Source: Schizochytrium sp. TIO01
Lineage: Eukaryota; Protista; Bigyra: Labyrinthulomycetes
Reading direction: 5' to 3'
DNA length: 64,000 nucleotides
NCBI GenBank assembly: GCA_004764695.1
Contig: SMSO01000014.1
Coordinates: 4,350,845-4,414,844 of the forward strand
The first letter of the stretch is position 1. Every line of letters starts with the position of its first letter. The translations under genes were made by a program, and so were the position numbers. Shown in pieces: positions 44,201-53,781 of the stretch. Under the pieces are notes generated by a model. That model saw only the letters and a list, made by a program, of their open reading frames with translations, did no database searches and had not been told where the DNA came from.

Positions 44201-47200
44201 TCCATAATTGCAAACGGGCCAAATACTAGACTGGTTCCTAGAGTCATTAGCAGCACAGCAATTTCCCGACTCGTTATCACAGAATGTCCACCCGCTTTCT
44301 TCGTTTGCGGCACACATACTAGCATCCAAAACATCCTCTATAGAAAGTAACTCTAGATCTGAAGCAGAGCAAAGCATCCGACCCTCGTCGAAACACGTTC
44401 TGCTAGCCTCTTCGTAATCAGCTTCTCCATAGCATGTACCATTCTCATTTGTAACGTGTACCTTTGTGCGGGGGATCGCAGAGAGCATCGTCGCAGAAGA
44501 CTTGTATTGTGATTCGTTGCTCGCAAAATTTTGAAAGCTGTCAGCTTCAGCATCTGTCTTGCCAACTAAATAGACTTGTTGCAAAGTAGGGCTTGACGTG
44601 GGATATTCAGTGGGCCTTTTTGTGGGCACCCGAGTAGGGGCAGTGACAGAAAAGGCCGCAAACGGGCCGGTAGGCCTTGGTGTTGGGCTTACAGTGGGTT
44701 TTGGAGTGGGCCTCGGAGTAGAGGTGGTTGCATAGGTGGGATTACTTACCAGTTGAGTCTGCCCTCCACAACGAATACTGAGTCCAGCATCACTTGCAGG
44801 ACATACAGACATAAGTCCAGGAGAATTTGTGCTATACATCATAGCATTGGCCACTTGGATTGGATTTGAAGTGCCTGAAATGCATGCCATCCGTGCAAAT
44901 TGGGAACTGTTTCGAAACTCACCTCCAATCCAGCTTCCGGGCCAGGTTTGATAAGCGTCCATATCGTTGTAAGTGCGTAATCCTACTGAGTAATTTGAAA
45001 CACCGTTACCGTCTATAGTGAGCTGAGCTCCCGTCAGTTCAGTGGGGAAATTGGATGTAGGCCAGTTGACGTTCCTAACGGAGAATGTGTAAACCACCTC
45101 GTATATATTATTTAGGAGAATGCCTTCAGCACCGTCTTGGTTATTATCCCTATACTGCTTGAACACTACATCGCCACACCTCGGTGTTTGGTTGAAGACT
45201 CGACAGTCTTTCAAGGTATCGTTGGTGTGAAACTTGACTTCGAGGTCAAGATCTACTTCATCAACAGACCAAGTTAAGCAAGCGCGCATAGCTCCTTCCT
45301 CAAGTTTAGATCGCGTCCAAAAGGTTAGCAAACTGCTCTGTCCCTCGCTTTCACTGCAAAGTGAATAATCACCACACTCGCATACCCCTTCAGCGTCGCA
45401 TGTGATCGTAGTGGTCACAGATTCAATACTTGAACCTGAAACATTCACACTAAAGCTACCGGTGGACGCAGGAAGTGCGCATGTTGTCGTTACAGATACA
45501 ATGTTGCAGATCGATTGAGAAGTTTCACTCGTGATAGTAATTGTAGAATTCAACAACTCTGAACTATTACTCTTAGCAACGCCTCCGCAGAAACTCTCTC
45601 GAACTGCGAAAACAGCGGTAGCAGAAGTAGGCGACGATGTGGGTTCAGCTGTTGGTCCATGTGTCGGTGTATCTGTAGGGGCGACGCTAGGACTTAAAGT
45701 TGGAGACTGAGTTGGGCTTTGTGTTGGTGTATCTGTAGGGGCGACGCTAGGACTTAAAGTTGGAGACTGAGTTGGACTTTGTGTCGGTGTATTTGTAGGG
45801 GCAACGCTAGGACTTAAAGTTGGAGACTGAGTTGGACTTTGTGTCGGTGTATCTGTAGGGGCAACGCTAGGACTTAAAGTTGGAGACTGAGTTGGACTTT
45901 GTGTCGGTGTATCTGTAGGGGCGACGCTCGGACTTAAAGTTGGAGACTGAGTTGGACTTTGTGTCGGTGTATCTGTAGGGGCGACGCTCGGACTTAAAGT
46001 TGGAGACTGAGTTGGACTTTGTGTCGGTGTATCTGTAGGGGCGACGCTCGGACTTAAAGTTGGAGACTGAGTTGGACTTTGTGTCGGTGTATCTGTAGGG
46101 GCGACGCTCGGACTTAAAGTTGGAGACTGAGTTGGACTTTGTGTCGGTGTATCTGTAGGGGCGACGCTCGGACTTAAAGTTGGAGACTGAGTTGGACTTG
46201 GTGTCAATGATTGTAGATTAATGTTGCCAAAATCTACAGTTTGGTCTGACCCTAAAGTCATTCCAGAACTGTAGTTATATCCTGGAAACCGAAGACGAAC
46301 AGTTACATTTTGAGCTAGACTCATTGATAATGGTGTTATCATTCGCAGGTCACCGTACTGAACTTTGAGATTGAGCACAGAACCAACTTCACTCGAATTA
46401 CAATCACTCTGTTGAAAACAAAAATTCATGACGTCGACCTCTGCTGGAATATTGTTGGCCTTCTTGTTATCTAAGGTCACCTTTCCTAAGATGTTATAGA
46501 ATGGGCTGTCTGCGAGGTTGATAAGAGCAGTTTTATATGTAGAGCCAGATATTGCTTTCCGTTGACATGGTTCTGCAACACTGGTCAACGTGCTTGTTAC
46601 TCTAAGCGTTGTTTCTGCAGGTCGATTTGGTCCAGGTATACATATTTTAGCGCTAGCGAGGGCTGAACGCATGACTTCCAAAGAGCCTATAATTGTATAT
46701 GACTTCAGTTGGTTTTCAACGTCAGTCAAAATGTTGATAGATGACGAGTCGTCCACAAATGTCACATTTGACCATACCGGAACACTCATCTCTACAGTTA
46801 CATTCGAACAAGTACTTGGTGCAGGACATTGTTTAGAACCCCTTGACTCAGGCTTGATTATTGGACTTGCGCTGCCCAACGCAGTACAGCGCCCAGTGTA
46901 ATCAATAGCAGTTGCGTTAGCATCAACCGATAGTATTATACTACCTGTGCAAACATCAGAAATGCTATCGTCTGAATCAAGTAAATCATCGCATAACGGA
47001 CTTTGACAAATACCATCAATACAGTCAGCAGAATAAGGATAACCACTGCAGTCGATTCCGCTTGCACAAGACATACCAAGCTCACACGGTTCACAGTATA
47101 AACCGCCGCAAATTGTCGATTCATCAACAGTACTATCCGAAGAGCTAGCACAAGATACACATATGGAATCCACACATAAACTTGATTCACAGTCACGATG

Positions 47201-50200
47201 CTGTGTGCATGTTTGACCATTTGCACATGCTACCCCGAACAATGAACATTGACCACCGCAGTCGGTGTCTGACTCCCACGCATCCTGAATCTGATTGGGC
47301 GTTATGCAGTTGAGAAACCGGCTTTTCCCAAGAACTGCACATATGTTCCCGTCACACAGCCCAGTCTGGCAATCATCATTTGATGTGCAAGAGTGATTCA
47401 CTGGGCACAAACGTCGGCATGGTGATCCGCAGACACCGTTCTCGGACAAAGAAGTGAAGCATTCATCAATGAGGCTACCATCACTTGAAGTTGTTGGTGC
47501 TGAAGTTGTAGCAACATAATCATAGTCTGATTGATCAGCACAAGTGCCATTAATTTCTAATCCAGATTCACAAAATGGACCATTTCCGATCCCCACAAAA
47601 TACCCACGCTTACAGAAGATGTTCCACTTGAAGCACTGACTACTACTCATAATTTCAAAACATGTTTCTGAAGAGATAGACTCGCATTCATCATCCATTG
47701 TATCTGAGGATATGTCACATGTCTTAGTGTTCCTGGAGCAGATTGTGGTTAAACAATCAGCAGAGCTTTCACACGTTTTGTTGACAGCACAAGCAGGAGC
47801 GGACTGCCCGCCTCCACAGTCTATATCTGTTTCACTTCCTGTCTTCTTGAGATCCTGGGGACCTTCGCAAAGAGAAGTGTTTAAGTTGCAGGTCGCATCA
47901 TAACCAAGTTGTTTTTGACAGTCTGAAGCAGTTTTGCAGCCCTCGCCAGGTCCACAGAGAAAGTTAAGTCTTCTACAAAAAGTTCCACCACCATCTGTGC
48001 AGGTTTCATTTCCATTCTGAAAGTTGTCAGTGCAAGATATACATTTATTTTCAAAACAGAGGCCACTATCGCAGTCAGAGTTGGAAGTGCAGATCTTACT
48101 ATCGTCGCACAAGGAGCACTCTGATCCTCCACAGTCAACATCAGTCTCATCCCCATTTGTTATATTATCATAACAGGAAACACAGACACCTTCATAACAA
48201 TAGTTGCTTTCACAATCTCTGTCCAATTCACAATTCTCACCAGAACCACAGAGCGAATATCCGAGCAGAGAACAAGCGCTACCACACCCGGTTTCGCACT
48301 TGTCTTTCAAGTAGCTCTCATCACTGAGCTTATCGAGTCTGTAGGAAGTGCAGATTCGTGTAGAATTTTCAGTTGATGTGGTTGAGTTGCAGGAACAAAA
48401 GCCCCAGGCGTCAGGATTATTATCAGGATTGTAAATAAACGATGTGGCACACCAGTAAGAGTTCTGTACTGAAGCTGTCGTGCTGGTTGATGAGTATTGT
48501 GTCCAATTTGCGGGTGGAATGTCAGCACCTTTCAAACAACTGGAATATAAGCTTCCATTATAGCTGAACGGAAAGACACAAGGTTTACCGTGAGATGACT
48601 CAGGCCCAAGATTAGATGTGTAACATGCAGGAGCTGCACAATTAAGTGTCGTACAGCTAGCATTTGAAGTGCATACCTCACCAATCCCCAGTGCATATTC
48701 CATGTCTGAAAGCAACTCTTCGTAATACGCAGTCTGATTGAAGCTTGTCACCTGCAAAGAGATATCAGAGGAGGATGTTGCGCTAACGCAAAGTCCGTTT
48801 GCGCAGATAAGTCCATCTTCGCAGTCCGCATCACGGGTGCAACCTTCATTCAAAGAACATCTGTCACCAATAATAGCGCACTCCTCACCTTGGTATCGAC
48901 ACGGAGTTGATGTTGGACTTGTATCTTCGCCACTACATGAAATTTCTACGCACACTCCACCACCGTCGGTGCAAGTCTCATTGTCATCTTGAATGCCATT
49001 GCTGCATGACGTAGATTCTACCTCATCACATATTTCACAACGTCCGGTAGTTTGACTGCAACAATTTTTACAGTCGTTGTCTGTGTCACAAGTGTCACCA
49101 TCATTGCAGAGAACACCACATGTCTCCCCACAATCAACTCCTGTTTCTGGCCCATCTTGTTGATTATTAATACAGCAGTCCTTTGACACTTGTGCACAAA
49201 ACGTAGATGCGAGGCACTCTTCTTCGCTAGAAGCATTCGCTGGACAAGTGTCGGGAAGTGACATATCAAAGTTCATAATGCTATCGTAGTTTACGACCTT
49301 TGCAACACTTGAATAGCCCGTGACGACAACTCCTACAATAACAAGAAGTATCAATACTACAAAAACGTACAAAAGGTAAGGTGTATGCGTGTGGCGCAAT
49401 GAAGGATGGCGTTTACTCTTGCGATGTTTCTCGTTCTTTTTAATATTGTCTTTCCTCCGTTGTTGCTTATTAAATTCAACCATTGCTTCCGTCTGTTCCT
49501 CAAACAGTTCAATAATGGCCAGATCTGCATTTTCTGCAACGTGATTTATGATAAATGAGAGTGCAGTGGCAAGAACAATGCATACAGTTAGCAATGTGGC
49601 TGCTGCCGAAAGCAACAAAATATTGAGCTGCGATATAAATGTTGATAGCCCTGAGCAGCAGTCATGGTTAAGGCAGCCATAATAATTTGTGTAGTCCCCA
49701 TCCCATGCCAGCACTGGATTACGCTCCCATACAAAGGCACCTCGGGCTTTATTGGAGGAACCTTCTCCGCAGTACACTGTCTCGCCAGGTCCTTCAGTAA
49801 TATAATAAGAATTTAATGCGGTTGGAATCTGGCCTTGTCCGATGTACTTGGTGCATCCCAACGAGTTAGAGAAGAATTCCTCTGAAATACTGCTCATGAT
49901 AAGCTTGCAGTTATTTTGAACAAGTGATGCCAAATCAATACGCATAATAGTGACTAGCTGAAAGATACACATGGGGAAGACAATGATAAGCACTAAAATA
50001 CGAGCAACACGTAGTCGGCGTAAAGACTCAATCCAAACCGCCCGAAAAGCAAATATAAAGCTGAGAATAAGTGTGATGTCGCAGCAAAATACCATCATCG
50101 GGATCCATATAGGAATGGTGTTCACAACACGCGAGGTTTCAAGAACACGGTTTACAACCCATATGGATGCTACTGCTTGTGCACCAGCTACAGCGGACGC

Positions 50201-51244
50201 GATCATTGCAATAACTTCTGCAAGGCTTTGCATCATTTCATAGACACTGACAATAATAGTACTAGCAATAAGACTAACGATTTGGAGTGGTAGCAAGGCG
50301 AGGCCAGTATACGTGGCCGCATGGAGAAGAGCTTGCGACGCACCCGATGAGTTAAAGGCTGAGCTAGGTAAAGTAAAAGAAGCCAATATGCATGTTATAA
50401 TAAGCGCAAAACTGTTGGCGTAAGCAGCGGCTTGAATAACGTGCTGGCCAACTGTTTCCATGCCGTCACTAGACTCTGTTACTTTCTGGATGCCCGCAGG
50501 CACAACAACGCTGGTCAGTGCGAGGCGATATTTTGCGTCTTTCCACATATATGTTTCCTGCATGACATCTTGATAAACGCGTTGTGCTCCATAGTAGGCA
50601 ATTGCATTTGTTATAAATATTAGCGCTCCCAATACTATTCCAAATAAGGCTTCTCGCGAAATATTTCTTCGAAAGGCTAAAGAGCTCAAGATGGCTAGGA
50701 TAATGCCGCCGACAATTAGAATTATGCTGATGATTTTGAGAAAGTTTTGCATACGCCGTGTAACTTTATGAACTCTACGTTTTCTCCGAAGCTCGTCTAA
50801 GATTTTGATGATATCTGCTGGATTCCGGGGACCGGTTTTGTCTGTAGACTTTGGGTCCGCTTCGTTACTCTCCCAAGCTCCATCCTGTGTCGTTTTGCTA
50901 CGTCGAGGTTCCTCTACATTTGCAAAAGCATCTGCGACTGATCGTAAAAGATGAGCAAGCTCAGACCCAAAGCCAAGGTCTAATAGCATATCTGGTTTAA
51001 GAAATGGGATTTGCCAAAGCTTACGGACATTGTGTTCATACAAGGTGTCTGCAAGTTTCTTTGCTTCATCTTCTGGTGGCTCAGGCGAGACTGCTTTGCC
51101 TACAAATGCTCCGTTGCGAGCCTCCTTGCGCACTTTGAGCAGAACAGCAGCGTTCACAACCTCGTCCACCTCGCTTTGTCTGTGCAACCGGAGGAGGCTT
51201 GAGACGTTTGCATTCGCCTCGGGAGCACTGTTCTCCCCCAGCAT
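41291..51244 (-). CDS. Giant (3317 aa) multi-pass membrane protein with mosaic Cys-rich extracellular C-terminus
   Basis: Uninterrupted 9.95-kb ORF. About 9 hydrophobic helices at ~50745-49320. Recognisable FN2, kringle, WSC, TSP3/EGF and NHL-like motifs, ETDVDCGG repeats, PT repeats and many N-x-S/T sequons. Confidence 0.93.
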   Translation of the reverse strand: MLGENSAPEANANVSSLLRLHRQSEVDEVVNAAVLLKVRKEARNGAFVGKAVSPEPPEDEAKKLADTLYEHNVRKLWQIPFLKPDMLLDLGFGSELAHLLRSVADAFANVEEPRRSKTTQDGAWESNEADPKSTDKTGPRNPADIIKILDELRRKRRVHKVTRRMQNFLKIISIILIVGGIILAILSSLAFRRNISREALFGIVLGALIFITNAIAYYGAQRVYQDVMQETYMWKDAKYRLALTSVVVPAGIQKVTESSDGMETVGQHVIQAAAYANSFALIITCILASFTLPSSAFNSSGASQALLHAATYTGLALLPLQIVSLIASTIIVSVYEMMQSLAEVIAMIASAVAGAQAVASIWVVNRVLETSRVVNTIPIWIPMMVFCCDITLILSFIFAFRAVWIESLRRLRVARILVLIIVFPMCIFQLVTIMRIDLASLVQNNCKLIMSSISEEFFSNSLGCTKYIGQGQIPTALNSYYITEGPGETVYCGEGSSNKARGAFVWERNPVLAWDGDYTNYYGCLNHDCCSGLSTFISQLNILLLSAAATLLTVCIVLATALSFIINHVAENADLAIIELFEEQTEAMVEFNKQQRRKDNIKKNEKHRKSKRHPSLRHTHTPYLLYVFVVLILLVIVGVVVTGYSSVAKVVNYDSIMNFDMSLPDTCPANASSEEECLASTFCAQVSKDCCINNQQDGPETGVDCGETCGVLCNDGDTCDTDNDCKNCCSQTTGRCEICDEVESTSCSNGIQDDNETCTDGGGVCVEISCSGEDTSPTSTPCRYQGEECAIIGDRCSLNEGCTRDADCEDGLICANGLCVSATSSSDISLQVTSFNQTAYYEELLSDMEYALGIGEVCTSNASCTTLNCAAPACYTSNLGPESSHGKPCVFPFSYNGSLYSSCLKGADIPPANWTQYSSTSTTASVQNSYWCATSFIYNPDNNPDAWGFCSCNSTTSTENSTRICTSYRLDKLSDESYLKDKCETGCGSACSLLGYSLCGSGENCELDRDCESNYCYEGVCVSCYDNITNGDETDVDCGGSECSLCDDSKICTSNSDCDSGLCFENKCISCTDNFQNGNETCTDGGGTFCRRLNFLCGPGEGCKTASDCQKQLGYDATCNLNTSLCEGPQDLKKTGSETDIDCGGGQSAPACAVNKTCESSADCLTTICSRNTKTCDISSDTMDDECESISSETCFEIMSSSQCFKWNIFCKRGYFVGIGNGPFCESGLEINGTCADQSDYDYVATTSAPTTSSDGSLIDECFTSLSENGVCGSPCRRLCPVNHSCTSNDDCQTGLCDGNICAVLGKSRFLNCITPNQIQDAWESDTDCGGQCSLFGVACANGQTCTQHRDCESSLCVDSICVSCASSSDSTVDESTICGGLYCEPCELGMSCASGIDCSGYPYSADCIDGICQSPLCDDLLDSDDSISDVCTGSIILSVDANATAIDYTGRCTALGSASPIIKPESRGSKQCPAPSTCSNVTVEMSVPVWSNVTFVDDSSSINILTDVENQLKSYTIIGSLEVMRSALASAKICIPGPNRPAETTLRVTSTLTSVAEPCQRKAISGSTYKTALINLADSPFYNILGKVTLDNKKANNIPAEVDVMNFCFQQSDCNSSEVGSVLNLKVQYGDLRMITPLSMSLAQNVTVRLRFPGYNYSSGMTLGSDQTVDFGNINLQSLTPSPTQSPTLSPSVAPTDTPTQSPTQSPTLSPSVAPTDTPTQSPTQSPTLSPSVAPTDTPTQSPTQSPTLSPSVAPTDTPTQSPTQSPTLSPSVAPTDTPTQSPTQSPTLSPSVAPTDTPTQSPTQSPTLSPSVAPTNTPTQSPTQSPTLSPSVAPTDTPTQSPTQSPTLSPSVAPTDTPTHGPTAEPTSSPTSATAVFAVRESFCGGVAKSNSSELLNSTITITSETSQSICNIVSVTTTCALPASTGSFSVNVSGSSIESVTTTITCDAEGVCECGDYSLCSESEGQSSLLTFWTRSKLEEGAMRACLTWSVDEVDLDLEVKFHTNDTLKDCRVFNQTPRCGDVVFKQYRDNNQDGAEGILLNNIYEVVYTFSVRNVNWPTSNFPTELTGAQLTIDGNGVSNYSVGLRTYNDMDAYQTWPGSWIGGEFRNSSQFARMACISGTSNPIQVANAMMYSTNSPGLMSVCPASDAGLSIRCGGQTQLVSNPTYATTSTPRPTPKPTVSPTPRPTGPFAAFSVTAPTRVPTKRPTEYPTSSPTLQQVYLVGKTDAEADSFQNFASNESQYKSSATMLSAIPRTKVHVTNENGTCYGEADYEEASRTCFDEGRMLCSASDLELLSIEDVLDASMCAANEESGWTFCDNESGNCCAANDSRNQSSIWPVCNYGGCQANASYSGERCWHDGNKPKSCKDSWSSLLSDSSKFVNTLEHCDLCAEDEDCRLYVLVGFPNVDEPIYDFEASCKNETNSTDCIPANKIAGQCLNTRENGEHTCGMGSEFITEEDGYCFTSEFSGLLNNTCSCSSALGLKETTCLDPNETSRVFCCSVEDSVWPRDAPTMYLEMEGGDSSAVEFLTLFNISFYSEDNPESSTLIILPNTSDLVNIGLLQGSGTLDTSARCAKEASVDVVELSSTYLQSDEGYYLMPAPVPSTPGSYYACVFVETGTSQTSCPLEPVCTLSDDSSAIISSCFPFRVSCPQGWTGDSCSTCDSLDSDNDTVLDCYDVCPNDPTITSESDFTSDEDWCGNATRIQAEQSEGRRLSASARSSNTDTDLSNKTTTFSGLECQAWNKQIPHAHAYNTYQTNKGFCNTTDTDDPGLPCGFPYVNNYMSLADGSTQSELLNKRFCPPIGYHELNVSTAMKGTECDILVNVAAPGLGRHNKCRNPNNDPNGAWCFTTNPNVRWEYCEEVVVATDDDDDDDDNADSPSFLLGGENSGVFLFNTSSNSTTLVIEPDKFSVVSVSKADSLDLPSYVYLGCASGDASTFTTETRQKNMTDPTPAKCAAYCKTLGSKYKYFNLFKIQTHICECLLTLPATDSIIHYESDQDGSSCWTSSSGIACDTDVCIKMPAYYSNMLPVCNAEGIVSTCICRCTSYCSDGSPCGGGSKAARALYSIDSDHLAWPSAYVADAASNRVVAFDEEWRLRSWFHLSSVELSQPGAVCFISDGRIAVVDASTGDIIIFTTERIVEFIIPNLASSTTSTSDYYDVRLSADELRLYALYPSDELVVCGISNTDDNCTRYDLQYPSILQSESTSSGAKDLARLSAAASNIIFIVDPVGGFYGYRFKDENFLSILSNGTAVSSSSSNEVDRPAVLKVAISSNDDIYLEYESQIVALNSTSVWDLPSSDDEFSIFLVYE
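45661..46200 (-). repeat. Coding tandem repeat, 9 x 60 bp, encoding (SPTQSPTLSPSVAPTDTPTQ)n mucin-like PT stalk
   Basis: Nine consecutive 60-nt units are near-identical; the four units at 45901-46140 are identical. Confidence 0.98.
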
Positions 51245-53713
51245 AGCCGTTCACTTTAGTTTACTAATTGTTGCGAGGGTTTCTCGGCGGCTCCCTGGCA
51301 AGCCCAGAAGTTCTGCACAATGCTTTCTGCAAGAGTTCACCAAATCTTGAAAGAAATATACATCTGTTGCCTTTCTTTAGGCCAATAATAAATCTTACCA
51401 CTGTCCTAGGTACACTATTCTGCAAGATAGCGCCTAGCTGCGTTATTGTTTGTAGCCCAAACTCTGCTCGCATTTCTATTATGTGATACTGTATATATCC
51501 TACTATTACTGTTCTGTCCGTTATAGTCTTTTTCCGGTAGACCATCCGACGTCTTATCAGCTAGGGAAATTAAGAGTTTGCCTTTTCTCAGCGTGGTATG
51601 AACTGCCAATCGAGAGGAGGAGGAGAGAGCTTGTTAGAAAACTAGAGTGCCCTCAAAACTACTGTTGTAAGAGAGACGAACCCTTTAATGAGGCATGCTC
51701 TGTGTCACGTCCACAACGCTTTACTTTTGGGTCACTTCTTTGAAGTAAAATAGGCCTATTTATAAAGAAATTCTTCAAAAACCTCTTATTTGCAAAGAAG
51801 AAGCTGGTAAAAGCTGAGAGCGAGAAAGTAAAACGATTGTACTTCTCAGTTTGAAGCACGCGTACACGGTGCGTTTGAATTTCTGTCAATTGCGCAATTC
51901 GAATCTTGTTCTGAGCTTTGTTGCTATGGTAGATCTAGGATGCATAATGCTTCGTAAATAGCAAGCGGCTGCATGTGTAGTAATTATGTCAGCGAATGCA
52001 GCACAAAAGGAGAAACTCAAGAAGGCTCTGCGCCCCGTGAAAGCGTTGGATCTTGCGCGTAGGCTTTCAAAGAGGTGGTCTTTCACTACAGTGGTTGGAT
52101 AATCCCTGAGCCGATGTTTATCTTCGGATGATGGCAAGTTTTAAAATGCTAAAGGATCTGCTGCTATCTCAATCTCGTTGGTACGAAGAAAGACGTCACG
52201 AAAAGGTCTCAGCAATCAGGGATGGAACGTTTGAGTAATCAGGAAAAGAGCATACGAATGCCCCTGTCGTGATATTGTCATTCGCTCCAATAATTAGGGG
52301 CTAGTGAAACATCGAAGCGATAATTTCAGTACGGAAGGTTTTGATTTGAGGTCTCTAAGGCAGTCAGATTTAGTTTGGGGAGGCCAATCTTACCAAGAAC
52401 TCCGCACAGATGAGCAAGCAAAATGTAAACGGAGCTTCATGTTGTAAAATCAGAGTGGCGCGCTGATGGGAGCCATGACAATGATTTGAGAGGCACCGAT
52501 CATAGATTTAGTAACAAATTGATTGATTGGTCTCTTTGTAACTATAATCTACCAATTAAGTTCCACGACTTTTGTCACGACATCCGATGACATCAAGAAC
52601 TTGTAAATTACTGGCACATGTTAACTCTCGATTACTTCTTCACGAAACGTAGGTATCTGCCTTGTTGCCTTAGCTTGTCTAAGTTTCAATGTGACTTGTT
52701 TTCTTTTTTAAAAGTCCGAGCACGCCCTCATTGTCGTGCTCCACTGGTCAGAGCAACGGAGAGGCCGAAGTTAGCAAATCATCCCAAGCCTGCATTACAT
52801 AGTCGTTGTTTATCTATTCGAAAGAGATTAATAGAGTCATGGTCTCCAGTGTTTTTTTTTTGGGGGGGGGGGGGGTGCACAATATGCAACAGCAGATTCT
52901 GCTTAGCTAGAGAAGGCTTAGTAAAACCTATCATATTCGATTGTAGTGGTTTCTAGACCTTATGTACCAACTAGGTGTCCTGCAAACAATTTTCATGTTA
53001 GAATCAAGACAATGAATGATGTGCATAAACAAAACCTTCATGACTCGAGTTATTTATTACCCAAGCAAAAAGAATTTATAGTCCATGGAGAAAGAAAGCC
53101 TTGGCAACAAAACTCTTGATAAAAATATGTTTTTGGTAGCTAAAGACAGTGTGCATTTAAAAAAAATGCACAACTGAAAGTGCTCCTTAGTTCCTCAAAT
53201 AGCTGGTATTAGGTCATTAGTGATACACATCACCCCCGTGCGCTTTTGTATACGTACAGGATATCAGAAAGCGCACGCCATGGTTTCAGGCTATGTAAAA
53301 AAAAGTTTCTCTTCATACCACTAATTTGTTCGAGTACTTCTTCAAATTATACAGTTCATCACTAGGTTTCAACTGCATTTTGTTCTATGTCAAGGCTTCG
53401 AGTTTCACCCACCTTTGTCCAGCCAAATGTATTGGAGTTTATATAAGAAGATTTCGTGCTGGAGATGTCAGTGAGCCAAGTTGTGCTTTGGCTTTAGTCT
53501 TCAGAATCATACAAGTAATATCTGCGTGCCAAAAAGAGGGTTCACCATGTCAAGGGCAGCTCACTTATTTTATTATTATTTAATTTTTGAGCTTCACTAC
53601 TAGTACTACTATAACTTGTAGGTACCTTCTTCATGTTTTACTAAATTATAATGGTAAATGTTAAAAGAAAAAACAATATGTTTATATATGTGCGTGCATA
53701 TGTATACATACAG

Positions 53714-53781
53714 AAAACAAAATAGCAAAACAAAACAGGACAAAACAAAACAGGACAAAACAGAAAAGAACAGAACAGAAA
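53714..53781. repeat. Degenerate A-rich pentamer repeat (AAAAC/AGGAC/AGAAC)
   Basis: Directly visible tandem pentamers. Confidence 0.8.

Noticed and set aside
45661-46200. Regular repeats resembling a CRISPR array
   Set aside because: No unique spacers; in-frame 60-bp coding tandem repeat in a eukaryotic gene.
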